Positions 36,401 to 51,840 of a stretch of DNA of 64,000 bases are shown piece after piece. Source of the stretch: Mytilus trossulus (Eukaryota); the NCBI RefSeq assembly GCF_036588685.1, contig NW_026963290.1, positions 3,720,001 to 3,784,000 of the forward strand. Direction: 5' to 3'. The translations under genes were made by a program, and so were the position numbers. How positions within the stretch are numbered: the stretch's first letter is position 1; each line of letters starts with the position of its first letter. The notes beneath the pieces were generated by a model. The model had not been told where the DNA came from. It saw nothing but the letters and a program-made list of their open reading frames with translations, and did no database searches.

Positions 36401-39400
36401 TATTCTTAAATAAAAATGTTGAGTAAAGAGAAACTATAGGAACCATGCATTTTATTTCGTCGCCTAGTATCGATAACTCGGACCAAGCTGAGTGTAGTCC
36501 TCATGTTCAATAGGTGGTTTAGATAGTCGAATTTAAAACAAAATATCACTCAGGTTAACTCAAATCTAGAAAAGTATCACCCGACTGAATAAAAAATGAA
36601 TTTCCTGGGCTTGATTTTCAAATGGATCTTAGGACTATGACATGAAATGATATGGCTTAGGTCATATCTTAATTCAAAGTAATGTTTTGAGAGAGTCTAC
36701 AGATCGAAAAATTTTAAAAGTTAGGATATCAAATTATATGTCATATAATGGTCTTCTAGGATAATGATAACATAATTTTCTTTAAGACTTGAAATATGCA
36801 CGTTTAAAGTACAACGGTTGAAAATGGGGAAAATATGATAAGACGGCTAAATTTATATTATTCTACGATTTCAAATACAGAAGGTCTGTTTATCCAAATT
36901 GGCGCTATATTGTCAATTTCTACCCACATACAACCGTTTATTAAAAAATAACATTTCTGGTACAATAAAAATGTCTTCTTTTGATTACTATATTGTTTAT
37001 TCCCATAAAACCTAATAGAACTACTTATAAAACGGAAGTAAAACTATTATTTTATATCATAGTTCTTCATAAATCAGTTATTTTATGTAACATTTACCTC
37101 ACAGATGGAGCTAAACCACAGAATTGTTTATCTGAACGTGAAATCTTGTTACCAGTAACTATTAGTAATTTTTCGGATAATATAAATTGATGCTTTAACT
37201 GACAAAAAAGATTCCACTTGATTAATTTCTCTCCCTTTTGTTTGCTTTTCTAATAGTGTAAAAATCAAATTATGATCTAGAATATTTGCATAATGTGGGA
37301 CTAGAACGTTATACCAACATTGCGCATGGTTTTGATGAAGAACTGTTATAATTGACTTAATAAGATGTTTAGTTGCAAGTTAATCATAACCAACGATTTT
37401 TACAATACTAAATGTGTTTTTTGGCTTTACGGCTTCATGCAGGGAAAAATGATAAAGATGATATCATCGATAAATAATGCGAATGATGTGAAGAAAATGA
37501 TTTTTTAAATGGCATGTTTGGTTAAACGATTTGTAAAAAGAAAATAGAATTATCCATTAGACAATGCATATCGGCCACTGACGAGTGACGGTGGTTCAAT
37601 TGAATTAGAACTTCTTGTGAGAAAACCACAACACATAAAAAAAAAATACGGAAGCCGGTTTGCGCCACAGTGAAATAATTGGTATATCCTTATTACGACA
37701 CCCAGCAATATGTCAAAGATTCAAGTAACGTCATCCTTATATATACTAGTATACGACATACAAATTTTAAATGCTCTAACCAGCTTCTGTGAAAAATATC
37801 ATATTCCGTCGGTATAGTAAGGAGACTAAAAGGGTATGAATGAAAGGAGATGTTGAATTTAAACATCAATGAGACAGCAAGCCAACAACAAATGTTTTCA
37901 AAAAAGACATAAGTACACACAAGGTAAAAAGGATTTATAAAGAGATACAATTTAATGATTATATATAAATTCAGAACACAATGACGTTATTTTTTCTAAT
38001 AACATGATAATCATGATCAATTTTGCTAATCGAGTGTTAAAAAACAGTATGAATAAAATAAACGTATTATATACGCCGATGAGCCAGCAACCCGACAAAA
38101 CGATGCATTTGAAACGCCATTTATAAGGCGTCTGAAAATCTTCTTAAGAATACTATTTTTTTCCTAAATGTTTCTTCCCCCCCCCCCCCCCCCCCCCCCC
38201 CAAAGATTTGTATAGTTAGACGATTTGTATAGTTAGACTATACAAATCCTTGATTTTTCTAACTGTTGCTATATAAACCATTATTTTTTTTTTTTTAAAA
38301 CACGTTTCCCCGACTAATGATAATAAATCCTATAATGTCAAAATAACCACACACAGAACAGTATCAATAAGGAACAATAAAAGTTAACCTAAGTAAACCA
38401 CCCGTAATTCTTTCTTACAAAAGGTTACGTTCGGAAGTGATTGATTAGAAGCGTTTAAACTAAGATTGATAAAATATGTTTTGTTCGAACTGCAGGTGCG
38501 AAAATTACGATGTAATTGACTTGTTCAAAAACTATTGTTATCTGTGACCCTGCAAAGGAAAACATCAAATAGTAACAAATAAAAAGAAATTGTGTAATAT
38601 GATAGATTTCTGCAGTTCAGTCGTGCTTTTCTGAGTCAGGTCTGAATTGTTTTTGGCAATTTTATAAATGACCTGACGTGACACCTGCCAGCATACCTGA
38701 TAATTGCTAAAACATCAAAGACTTCATATATAAAATCTGCATGGAGGTATCTTGTTGAGTACAAAGGTGTTTGTGTAATATTATATGTGCAAATGCAAAG
38801 AAACTGTCAATATTTTTATTAATTGCTTTTGTATTTTATGTTTTTAGGAAAATGCAATGGTATGCTCCTGATAAGTGAATCTTTCAATTGAAAAATGCTG
38901 AAAGCGTGCATACGTACATGTAGTTTGGGCATATGCATTTGAATATCCAGTTTATCGAAGAATAGCAGCGAAAAATAAATGGCCGATCGAAGGAAGCAAC
39001 TGAATTACAAAACTGCCGCTCGTAGATATTTGAAGGGGACAAACTAAATTGATGCAATAAAACTAACAAATTCGGTTTGTTTTAGAAATGGTGTTGTGAT
39101 ATATACGGACTATAAATGACAATAAAATTGAGAATGGAAATGGGGAGTGTATCAAAGAGACAACAACCCGACCATAGAAAAAACAACAGCAGAAGGTCAC
39201 CAACAGGTCTTAAATGTAACAAGAAATTCAAGCCACCGGAGGCATGCTTGTGTTTAGATGCTGCACTGTTTTTGCCAAAATCGAGGTGTTGTTAACATAT
39301 TAACGGACCCCTATTGCCCCTCCTCTAAATTGTCTTCGAGCGAGTTTCGTATAGGTAATAATGTAACGTTTCCTGTACAGACACATAATGAAGTTAAGCA

Positions 39401-40066
39401 CTTTTGACAGGTTTAATTTATTTGTGTTTCGATCAGACGTACCCGAAAGAAAACAATACTACGAAGAAGCCATCCCTTGTTCATATAGTCTATATCAAAC
39501 CCTCTGCATCTGTTTGTTGAATGGTTTTGGTTGTATCATATCTTTGTCAATTTATTCACATTTCACTTTTGAAGAATTTAAACATTACTTTCAAGTATTT
39601 AAATCTTAAGTTACGCCATTAGTTAACATGATCTGATACAAAGGAGAACATTTTATCTTCTTTTCCATAATTTTGTGCCATCTGTTGAGTGGGTATATAT
39701 TTCATTTTAGTATAATATATGAGTTAGAGGTTAACCCCTCTGTTGGTCAATAAAAATACAATCTTTCATCGAGTGATAAGAAAATTTACAGGAGGTCTTC
39801 TTTCATGGGAATTAAATTTGTTAAACTTGTTGTTTCCTCCTCTTAAAACAAGTCCTTTAAGCTTATAGAAGTATTTGCACCTAGGATTATTTGAAATATT
39901 TTAAGCACCACCTTTCGACCAAACTGGTTTTACTTTTTAAAGGCTATATGTGTTCGTTAATCGTAGTATAAAACTTTACTACTGTTAAGAAAAAACTACA
40001 CGTCAACCTTGTCAATATAATACTTGTATTTCTTTTGAAATAAGAAAAGAGAGCAACTCATTTTTC

Positions 40067-40349
40067 TTACAGCCGATTTCGCTGAGTGTGTAACTAAAGG
40101 TAATATTTTTGGTTAGCTTGCTTGCTATCTGAACCGTAACGATATTATTAGATAAGGTATACTACCCTCCTTTCGAAGAAGCATAGTCCTACAGACAAAA
40201 AGATAGGTCACATGTATCTGTCGGACTAGTATATTCTAAAAGGAGGGTAGTTTACCTTACCTAATAAGGACTTCACGGCCGTTCAGCTATAGCAAGTAAG
40301 CTAACCAAAGATGTTACATTTAGCTACATACTCAATAAATCGGCTGTAA
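40067..40349. mobile_element. Diverged foldback element (long imperfect inverted repeat)
   Basis: TTACAGCCGATTT...AAATCGGCTGTAA with matching internal arms TTGGTTAGCTT/AAGCTAACCAA and ACTACCCTCCTTT/AAAGGAGGGTAGT. Confidence 0.75.
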
Positions 40350-42049
40350 CACCGGGAGAAAAAAATACAAGTTGAGAAAAAAACCGACACAACCATTCAT
40401 GGCCAAAAGATAAAACGAAAAGACAAACAGCGGGCCTCATAATATTACACAGAAAATTAAATGTTGAACACGATCCCTTTCAAATAATGGAGTAAAGCTT
40501 GAGTACCCCAGAAGAGTAATCTAAGTGTGACAAAACCCTATAGCCTTAAACCTTTGACTATAGTAAACCTTAGCTCGTGTTAGTGAAATTTTAGGTTGTT
40601 TATTGCTGCTAATTTTCTAGCAAATACAACAAACTTAGGCCTGTGTTTATACTTTACAAATTTCTGAAAAAGTGACCATAGCATTCTCCTTATATTGTTT
40701 TTGTTTCTCCCGTGTTTTTATTTTTCATCCACATCCTAAACCCATGCAGACTTTATAATGTTATAAACAAGGTTCAAGTACATGCGGTTTCGTGTATTTC
40801 AAACCAAATTAGATGTATCCGTAAAATTTTCGGTGGTCGGCATCATTCTAAATTGTTGCAAAATTTATCAAATTATGATTTCCTTCGCACATAAATTATC
40901 ACCAATTAGGAAGACGCCACTTACCATCGTCCAAACATCTATTCAGTATCTGTTTATCATGGCTAATTTGACTTTTATTTTACTATCAAACAAATTTGAC
41001 AGACTTAGTTTTTACAAGAAAACAGTACCCCTCTGACACTTTCATCGCTAGGGTTTTAGGTGCATGTGCCGAGTTAAATTGGCACTTATTGTGTTTTATG
41101 ACGTGTTACTGTCTTTACCACTTGTACCCACTTATAAAGTGACACTATAAAAAATGAGGAAATACAGGCCACACACACTAACTTATCAAGTACAATGTGA
41201 TAAGATGTTACAACTCGCCCATTACTTAATATTATAACCTCTTTTTTAACAGTACACTTTGTCAATATACTTTCGTGATCTTTCGTGTTCATCAATATCT
41301 CGGAAAAAGAACGGACTTCACATCGTTTATCATGAAAATGAATTAGATTTTTGTAGATGATTGATTGATTGATTGATTGATATTTCACAGTTCAGTATGT
41401 AATACTATATAGTACTGTTTACATTCAAGTTGTGAAAAACTTCTTAAATACAAAATTTCCAATAATTAAATTTCAGAAGAATGTGTTAGAGAAACGGATA
41501 ATCGTGTTTCTTGTTTCTCTTTTTGCAAGCTGTTTGCTGTTCTTGTCATTAATCGAAATTTACAAATCATCAAAGTATCAAACAATGGTTTCGCATAATG
41601 CCTACGCTGTGATTGTCAATGGAATGTCAAATATCAGCCGCAGAACAAAATATGAAATAAGACCAGTTAAACTTACACATGTGCATGTACTCTTTTGATA
41701 TATCAAACGTTATTTCTAACTTATTTCGTCTCTTTTTGTTGGTAGGGTTCGTGTTGTTCGTTCTTTTCTAATCTAATATGAATTCAATTATAACTTATCT
41801 AGTAATGACTTTCGTTAAAGTAAGTAAATAATAACGTTCATTTAGGTTAAAATTATGAAAACAAAGCGTATAAGTTTCGCATATAAAACACTTTTTTTTA
41901 TTGAGAAGTGGTTGTTTGTCTCTCCCCTTGGTATTGTTAAACTGAATGACACTGGTCTTCGCTTATTTTTGTCTTGCTATATATATATAGTAGCAACACA
42001 ATTTGTGAAGTTTATTTCTGGTGCTAGATTTCGAGTTTATTGCAGTGAA

Positions 42050-42730
42050 TATGTGCAAAGTTTGTAAAATTTTAGATGATGAGGAACACTTTTTCCTTCA
42101 TTGCCAAATTAACAGTAATGTAAGACATTCCCTTATAAATGCAATTAAAACCCATTATCCTAATTTTAACCAGCTTGACTCAAACTCTAAACTTAAAACT
42201 ATTCTAGATCCCAATAAAGATATTTTGTCTAGTGTTGTAGACTATATAAAGCAATCTATGGAATTGCGAAAATAAGGTCCACATTGGTCAATTATTATAT
42301 TATACTTATAGATTATCGTTGATTATCTCAACGAGATTGATTTTCTCGCTTGAGCTGGTACAGCGAAAGTGAGAAAAGCAATCGAGTTGAGATGACCAAT
42401 GATAATCTGTTTATCGCTATTTTACCTATGACGACGTTGTCAATTTCATGTCAATTTCGGTATCAACGCCACGTGGCCTCCTTAGTTTCTAGCGATAATT
42501 TGTCCATCTCAAGCGAGAAGCATGATATGAAAATTATCACAAAAAAGATCAAAGGAAAAATGCACAAAATAGCGATAAATCTATATATAGATATATGTTA
42601 TTAATATCAACTTCACTTTTTAAAAACATTTATCATGTATAGTTATGTTTCTTGTCACTTGTGTATACAATGTACTATGTTTGCATTTTAACCCGTCAGA
42701 GTTTCATGTTTTTTTGCAATAATATATTAC
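42050..42730 (+). mobile_element. 5'-truncated non-LTR retrotransposon: ORF2 C-terminal zinc-binding end plus 3' UTR
   Basis: CKVCKILDDEEHFFLHC...R matches the C-x2-C...E-H-F-x3-C motif at the end of LINE ORF2 proteins; stop at 42275. Confidence 0.7.
42307..42585. mobile_element. Small hairpin-plus-IR element inserted in the LINE 3' UTR
   Basis: Hairpin 42310-42408, then body bounded by TTTATCGCTATTTT (42410) / AAAATAGCGATAAA (42566-42579); TATAGA/TCTATA termini. Confidence 0.65.
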
Positions 42731-45700
42731 CAAATACCAGAGAACATTAACAACCGTATGCAGAAAAAAAAATAATGAACTTTTATTAAAGAACATTAGT
42801 TGTGAATACATACACTGTAACAATACTGAACCTACTATTTTGTGCTGATTCATTGAAGTGTGCTGTATTCACTGCGGAGGTATTTAGTTAAAATCTTACT
42901 GAAAGGCAACATGGCATTTACTGCACTTAAATCCATTTTATCGCTATATCTTCAACCTTTTTCATGTTACAACTACATATTTATATTTTTTACTGATAAC
43001 GTGGAAATTTTACACGATTTTTGTCAAAAATAATTCAATACTTCAAAAATACTTCTTAGTAGTGTTTCGTTTAGTTCTGTAAAATATCAATAGTAGGGTT
43101 TTCCATGTCGTATGGATCATCTCAAGACATAAATGTCTTCTCAATTTGTCATTCAATACATAAAAATTCAAAGGATGAACTTTGGCGTCTGTAAGCTCAC
43201 GCCGGAAATAGATTAGTTGGTATATCAAAATCTATAAGTTATCTGTTGTAACCGTTATTTGTTGACAAATTTATTAAGAAACTACTATTAATTTGATGCA
43301 GGAATTTGTTTGTGGTAATAAAACAAGAACTTGATGACATTGACTTGTATCACGTGACTGCTTATACATTCAGCCGATGAAAAGTAGAAGCTGAACAAAA
43401 ATGAGTGAGAGAGAGAGAAGGAGAGAAAGATAGAGAGAAACAGTTTGGAGTGGCATATGGTTTATTTATCTAAATGATTGATTGATGGATTAATGGATAC
43501 ATAATGTCCAGTGGCAAGTAGTACGATCATATTAAGAACGCCTCATTTGGAGACTATCTTCTACTTTTTGCTCGCCGCGATATAGCCTTTTTGTGCTAAT
43601 GCGGCGTAAAGCAACCAACAATCAATCAATCTATTTATACTTTGTTATAGGCACGCACGCTGAATATCATTTTAGCTGACAAGGTACATTGTAATAGTCC
43701 AAATGAAACCATTCAAGCCTCTATAGGAGCATACGATATTCTGATGACGAGTCGACTTAATCTGATTTGAATTATATATCATCTTTCATTACTCGCTTAC
43801 TCATCGAATAATCTGAGCAAAATCAGAGATCTATTTTTTAAGTAGATTGGACTCGGTCAGTCTTTGCCGACAAAGTTCGCCATCACAAAATAATACTAGC
43901 TGAGAAGCACCTCCCGTACTTGATACGAGATTGTTACACTGTACCACAATACCAACGGGCGGTTTTCTGAAGTAGACTCAGTGTCTTCGCTCTCTCGAGA
44001 TCCCTCTTCATTGGGGGCTTTTTTGGTTAAAACAATTAATTAGTTACTTTTATCAAATAAATTTGAATAACATAAAAAGACATATAACTAACTTCTACCA
44101 TCCGGTTTAATTAATCTGATAACGACTAATCATGCTTTTAAGAGGCAGAACCCATTCTTTCTCTAATTTCAAATTGAGTCATGTATTCTTTACAAAATAT
44201 TTGTCAGTTGATTTTTTTCGAACGAAATTCCATGTCAATTTAAATAAGTTTCTGATTTCAAAACAAGATATTCCTAAACGGTTGAATCATTAAGAGACTT
44301 TTAATTACAGGTGCAATTACACAGGTGTTTGTCGTTTTAACTCGATGTCAACTAACAGCAAGGCAACAAGTTAGCGGTTCGTGATCTTATCTATCCACAC
44401 GTCATTTTATAGGTATTCAGCTTCACCATTGCTTTGAAGAAATTTTAGCAGGTGTGCTACAAACACCATTAAAACAACATGATTATTGTAAAACTGTGTA
44501 TTTGTTTCCCTCAAAGATACTAGATACTCTAATACACATTCAATGTGACTGTATGAAATTCATTTTTCCCATAGTTGTTAGAAAAAAATGTTATCGTTAT
44601 TTAACGCGTTTAAGCGTTCTAATTGCATATTTTTCTCCGATTAATTGAGTTTCATCATTAAACGGGCAATGAAACAAATGGAATTTTTAACTGAATAGTA
44701 CATCTTTTAATTTTTTACGAAATTTTCCTTATTTGTAAAGTCTGAAAAACATCCCTTCCCCAAACATCAAAGCTCCAACGACAGGAAACCAAACAAATTA
44801 CTCAAACAACCATGTACGTTTTCAATTTTGGAGAAAGCGCCTTGGCCTCCTGGAGCATAAATATACTTCTAATTATTTATCCTGTAAGCTTTCATTGTAA
44901 AAATCATTTTGACCAGAAGAGATTAATTTGGCAGGAAATGACCACTATTTAGATTTTTATCTAAATACTTTACGAATTTATTTACCTTAAAAGACTCTAT
45001 TATGGGTATAAAGACTTTACTTTTAATAGTTATTTTTCAATCGTCACTCCTCTTTTTAACAACCCATCAGCTGAAAGTGAAAATTAAAAAGAAAAACATT
45101 GTTTAAAATTCACACAACGTTACCTCATCAACAAAATTCTATTTTGATAGCGAAGCAGCCTAAAGGTGTGTTTGATTCGATCGACAAGTGTAAAAAGCCA
45201 ATTGTTAATTGATATCTATCAGATAAAATCATGTAAAATCTCAAGTTCCTTGGAGGGATAAGAAGTTCATCAGCGAGAAAACATCATGTTTTCATGTGAC
45301 ATTTTCTGGAATCTGGTAAAACTTGTATTTTCAACAAGCACACAATTGAACTTGTAACTGTGTCAACTATGACAGTTCTGTCTTTAGTTTCTGAAAAAAC
45401 TAATTTACTCAAAAGTTTTGGCTTTACTGTCATTCATTTGTTCCTAGCATTGATCTAAAAAAAAAACAGTATCCTTGTTATTATCAATTGATGGTTTTAT
45501 CTATTTGCTTTGATAGAACAAATCATTTTGATTAAAAATCACAAAAATCTTTGAATTATATGTTTTCCTCGAAATATGTAATACCCATGCATATGTGCAT
45601 TTGTCGCCACTTAATTGTGCAATAGTATTTCTTTAAACTATTAAGTAGGTAGGCACTGTCTAAATTTAATCTCAAATATTAATGAAAACTTTGTTTCTTA

Positions 45701-47212
45701 CCGGGCAATACAATGGGTATGGAAGAAGAATTCACTATGTAAACAATAATAAAACATAAACACATTTCATTTGCTGATGTTAACAACAATTTTGATAATG
45801 TTCTCGAACTTTGTTGCTTGCAACCATATCTGCTTACTTACTTGATTCAACTTACAAAAATCTGGCAAACAGTTTTATAATTTTATTGACTATGCGCGAA
45901 GAACTTAACATTGTTAATTTCTAATAAATTTTAAGGAAACCAGTTTTCTGAATTGGATAACTTGATGATAAAGAAGTTGCTTATGTCGATAAAAAAACCT
46001 CGTTGAATGTATGAAAAAGGGCCATAACTTTTTATTATTTTTTTTAATTTATTTTCTCCATTATTTAGTTAAATAAATATTTATTTATTTATTTACATGA
46101 AAAGCAATGTAGTCAAGAAAATAAACTTGTTAGTATACATTTATATGACACCTACAAGTGTCAAGCAGATATTAATCTCGCTATCGCTGGACGATCTTGT
46201 AATAAGGCAAGTGACCATACAGTATATCTTTTACAAGATCTGTAACAACTTATCCGTAATAAACATGTTTATGACATAGGAGAGTGAATTAAATTAATTT
46301 TCTATTCAATATATACTTATAGAATTTACTTATAACAAATGTATAATGCAATAAAACTTTTACTTATCATTTTAATGTAGTAATTATTCTCAGTTTGATG
46401 AATGAAAATATAATAGAATTTTTTTTATAAGAAACGAATATATCTAAACTTATTTTTTTGGGGAAAAATAGTACTTTTTTTTTTTTTTTATTAAAAACGA
46501 ATATATCTTTAATCTAGGATTTAAATGGAAGCATGCTATCTGCTTAATATTTCTTTGTAATTTTTCATCTATATTTATGCGAATATTTGATATTAAAAGT
46601 TCTTGAAAAAATGGTAATTAATTTCCATACAGCACTGTTGGTAAATTCGGAAGTATAGTTGCAACAGCATGTGTAATACAGCTTGTCAAATTAATCACAT
46701 GCAGACGAGTGCCTGTAGAATTCATCCTTCCAAACTCTTCTTCTGCGACTGAAAGCACTTTCAAAATTACCAAAAAATGATAAACTACAGTTCTGACTTG
46801 AACAAATAATACGTTAAAGAAATTAATTATGACAAAAAATACTTGCTCAGTTCAAGGACTTAATATATACCTGCTCAGTTTGAACTTCTTCATATTATAT
46901 CAATTTCAATTTTAGTGTATCAATTGTTTGATAAACAGATCTTATATTAAATATATCTAATGTTGTATTTTCCTTTCTGTGGTCTTGCTGGAGTTTACAA
47001 TATGTTATCAAACATTCATTGTATTGCTAAATATGCATGACAGCATGCATTTATCTGCAGAACAATTATTAAATCGTTTTTATTTGTGAGTCACTTAGAA
47101 ACTTGAAACTCTATTCATAAATAACAATATATTTCATATGCTATCAGTAAATAAATGAAATGGCAAAGTTGTGTGTCAAAATAGCATAAGTATTGTTTAT
47201 ACGGTAAAATGT

Positions 47213-47422
47213 CCAATGAGCGAATTTGCAACTTTTCGGCCACCAAAGATGAAACGAATTTTAGTTCGTGTGTGACATTTCTTATTCATGAAATGTGCCT
47301 AAATTTGTTTGTAAGAAACAGAACCAATTAAGTTAGCAAGTTATACACGTGGCTATTGATTTCATCTCCGCCTTAAGGTGGAACAATCTCAACGATTCTA
47401 TTCAACATCGAAAGCGACCAAT
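47213..47422 (+). promoter_or_regulatory. Candidate Tbx20 proximal promoter (three CCAAT boxes and an E-box)
   Basis: CCAAT at 47213, 47324 and 47418; CACGTG at 47346; 200-410 bp upstream of the ATG. Confidence 0.35.
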
Positions 47423-47622
47423 CAAATTGCGTCTTACAACTAATACTCTATTCCTTCCATGAATTTTGGATAAATTAAGTTTGATGGTTTCATTTTAGCA
47501 TAATTTGTTGACATTGTTGAAGTTGAAACATTAAACTGGATAAACAAATTTACAGAATTGTGTATTTGAACATTCACGGCTTATTAAGCAAGTTTGTTGT
47601 TTAGTTAATCAAAATAATAGAA

Positions 47623-47833
47623 ATGGATTTATCACCAAGAATTCGAGACGAGACCCAAACTGACATTTGCAGAACTGAGCTCCAGAAACAATATTTGTCT
47701 CCAAAAGCAAATGCATTCTCTATAGATTCAATTCTTGGTCAAAGAAGTGTGAAAGACAGTGAAATAGTTGAAGTACATATTACCAGAGATCACGAGCTTC
47801 CCACAACACCGCCTCTTGCAGATAGTCCACCAA
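47623..47833 (+). CDS. TBX20: T-box transcription factor Tbx20/H15, exon 1, with eh1 motif FSIDSIL
   Basis: LSPKANAFSIDSIL resembles the Tbx20 N-terminal eh1 (Groucho-binding) region; GTAAGT donor, phase 1. Confidence 0.88.
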
Positions 47834-48306
47834 GTAAGTTAATATTATATTTATCTTTTCTTTCACGTTATATTTTATTCATTTTGTCATTAACTAATTG
47901 TTTGATATTTTTATGTTTTGTATATGTAATTTTATTTTAATTTTAGAGTGACATTTTCTTTATATATTGATATAATATTTGTAACTACAAAATATTTCAA
48001 TAGTATAATATAATTTTAATCAAAATCTACCAATAGTAAAATAATAAAAACCAAGACAAATAGTCCGTCATAATAAGAAAAATATATCTTTGGAAACGTT
48101 GTAAAAATTTCCTGCAATCGTTTTTTGGCAATAAAGAAATGATTTAATAAGTTAATTTATTTTTTTGAGTTACAAAACATAGAAATAAATAAAGTGCGTT
48201 GTATGCACATCACAAAAAATATTGTAATTTTTTACAATAATATCAGAAATTTACGAAGAAAAAGAAAGAACAAAGTAATAGAACTTTTAATATTACTTTT
48301 TTTTAG

Positions 48307-48487
48307 AGAGTATAATCTCAGACGATTCTAGTTCAGACTATAAAGCACGCGCAAGTACCACTCCACCGTTGTCACCAGAACCCTACACCGGTAGTCTGCC
48401 AAATGTTAAATGTCGTCTGGAAACCAAAGATCTCTGGGATAAATTCAACGACATTGGAACAGAAATGATCATCACCAAAACTGGAAG
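48307..48487 (+). CDS. TBX20: Tbx20 exon 2 (start of T-box: [26 protein letters not shown])
   Basis: T-box N-terminal motif; TTTTAG acceptor, GT donor, phases 1/2. Confidence 0.93.
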
Positions 48488-51383
48488 GTAAATACTTCAT
48501 TGGAATAATTACAGTCACACAAGTGAATTTGGTTGATTTATTTAGTAAATGGTAGACTATTTGTAAATAATTGAAATGTTTCAGCAGTATAAAATTGAGT
48601 GTAAAACAAGAAAACACTGGGGGTAACACTAAATTAACTTTCCCTAGTTTTTATTCTTTTCTTTAAATTAATAATGAAAGAGATATTTATAAGATTGTCA
48701 TAATATGTCTTGATATTTGTTAGTTTTTGGCCATGCTAAATATCGTAATTTAAATAAATATATAGTTAATGATGAATTCCAAAATAGCATATTATAATTT
48801 CATAAAAAAAATATTATAAGAGGAAAAATAAAAGGAAAAAAAAATTTTTTATGAATAATTTGTATCAAGAATTTAAAAGAAATATGGTAACCAAAATAAA
48901 TCGCACTAGATTTTTTCATAAGACAAAAATAAAAACTTGGCAAATAGTTATTAAATTATTTTGGATTATATCAACATATTCCATTCTTCTAAAAAGCACC
49001 TCACCAGGTTCAATAAATGTATATCTTTCCTGTTCACAATTGAACATTTTAAACAATTCATTGCTGACTACAGCTATCAACGCTAATAGATCATTAATTA
49101 AGACCTACTAAGTTTATATCATTTTATTTCACCACATGATTGTTTAGCTATCATCTCTAAAATTTGACCCTCTTTAAGAAACAAAGATTTTGTCGGAAAA
49201 ATCTTCACAATTATTTAATTCTTTTATTTCATGCCAAACTTAACAATAAATTTTACAATAGGGTGTTGATGATTTTAACGTATTTAACGATCGGCAAGAT
49301 TTCGCACTTCTGATATCGGCACATTTTTTATTCTTCAAAGATTTTATCTTTCTTATTATTTATTTCAACATATGTGTTCTAACGCTCAAAGACGTTATAT
49401 TAATTATTAAAAGTGATGAATCGCTTCTTTGTGATAATAAAAAATAATGAGCATTTGAAAATTTATTTTTTCTCGACTGAAATTATATTTTTTATATGAA
49501 AAAACTAAATAACGGTATACGAAGATCAATTAATTGGAGATATTATCTTTTTAATGTGTCACATCAACACTTGTTCAGGCTAGATGATTTTCTGTAGAAT
49601 TCCTGATTAAACTGATGAATATCAACCATAAGAACAAAACCTTAAAAAGATTAGAACCCGTTAACACTTTGAATTAAAATTAGTCATCACCGTTCAAACC
49701 AATACCTATTCAATTAGCTCTACCTTTAGAAGTCAAGGTATTTCTGAAAGGTATGCCAACTTTGATGTTGCTGTTTGAGATGGAACCGTCTTGACCGTGA
49801 GAAAGATCTACTATTAATGATTTATGTCAAATTATAAGCCATTTCCTTATTTAATCCTTAACATGATAAAAATTACATTTATGGTCTACCAGACGCCTTG
49901 TTTACTTTCCAATTTCTTAATAGCCCGCAACTTACATTGAAACTTGATTAAAGAAGAGAATTAAACGATGATTAAATGTGTTAATGGGCTGAGAGGTTCC
50001 CTCCCCTTACCTTTCGTCCGATAGACTTCAGCTTCATCACTTGGTGCCTGCTCATTCCCCCGAAGGACAATCTATTGTGTGGGGATCAAGTTAATGGGTA
50101 ACAAAACTTAACGGGTACATATTTTCTCAATGAGTAGAGTGACAACGATTTGTATATTCATTATTCACAAAAAGGCTTAACAGCAATTGACATGAAATTA
50201 ACATAGAATAAAATGTTGACCAAATAGGTTAAATTATGCAATTGTCAATATGACTCAAGAAAGAAACTTTTACTGTTCGTGTTTGTAAATTTCAAAGGAG
50301 TTTTTTGGTCCACAGCTACAACTAATTCAAAAATTCATTTAACGATAATGTTTGTGCTTATGACCAAATTTCTGTACTTCCATCAAATGATGTAACACTG
50401 GACATAGGTATAAAAATGATACAAATGATACATTTTTTATTCAACATGACAAAGCAAATTAGTCATAAAGTAAAGTTTCAAAAAATTGCAGTATTGAAAT
50501 ACTTATGACAAATTAGTCAAATAATAAATTAATCAAAATATAAAGTACTTATCACTATATTAGAAAGAAAAGATTAAAATAAGTGATACAATTTCACTTG
50601 CATAGATGTTTTAGACAATCCTACCACCTGTCCAAATGAGGAAAAGTTAAACTTATTATCTTAAAGTTCAATATTTCACCACTGAATGTAAAATGGTAAA
50701 ATGACCCTATTCTTTGACATACGATACGGTTTTACTAAACAAAAACTATTACTTGTGGTGTAAACTTCAAATTTATATTGTAAGTGTAGCGTGTAATCTG
50801 TTTCTATATCTCTAAACACTGAAACGTGAAACAAGGTTAATCTGAGTCCCTTTACTACTGAAAACGTCGGAAAATAACTAAAACCCATAATTTACGAATT
50901 ACCACAAAATAGAAACGAGGTGGAGCACGCAAAACAGCAATAAGATATATGTTACTATTCTATTGATAAGGTTGAAAGCAACAGAGCCGTTGTTGACTCT
51001 TGCCCACATAAGGTTGTATTTTATTATTCCAAGCGTGATGAAAAATCATTAGAACTGGAAAAGGCACGGAATAAGTGACAGTTTGGTGTTTATGATTATA
51101 ATCTAATATGGTTCTAATTGAGGATTTTAATTTTTACATGCTCATTAATGTCTCTCAACAAATAAACACCAGTTCGCCGCAACACGCCTGCAAATGTCAG
51201 GGTATTTTATATGAAATTCCTGAACAAAATGAACACATTTTTACCAGATTCTTGCTTATTTCGAGATTTCGAATTTCAATGCAATGAACAGTTTGTCACT
51301 GAATTTAAGTCACCATTGTTCTGTTTTATTGTTGCGATTTATTTTGATTAAATCATGTAAATTATACGTTGTTTTCCTTTCAG

Positions 51384-51657
51384 ACGTATGTTTCCAACAG
51401 TAAGGGCATCATTCTCCGGTTTAGAAGCAGATGCTAACTACGTCATACTGTTAGATATAGTACCAATAGACAACAAAAGATACAGATATGCTTATCACAG
51501 ATCATCTTGGTTAGTTGCGGGAAAAGCTGACCCACCATTACCCACAAGGCTCTGCTCACATCCAGATGGACCCTTTTCCGGTCAACAGTTGCAGAAACAA
51601 ACAATATCTTTTGAGAAACTGAAACTCACAAATAATCTTATGGATAAAAATGGACAG
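51384..51657 (+). CDS. TBX20: Tbx20 exon 3 (T-box core)
   Basis: RMFPT...[23 protein letters not shown], characteristic of Tbx20; 274 nt, phases 2/0. Confidence 0.96.
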
Positions 51658-51840
51658 GTAATTTTACGTTTTTTTTAACTTATTTTATAGTGACATAATG
51701 ATGATAGAGTAAGTTTTTTCGCTTGTGGCTCGGAGTAAAACAAAGTTTCAGATAAAATTGCAATATTTTTGTTCAACAAGATGTATTGCACTGGGAAATT
51801 TCATTTTAAAAAATACAATTCTTTCTTTCTGTTTTTTCAG

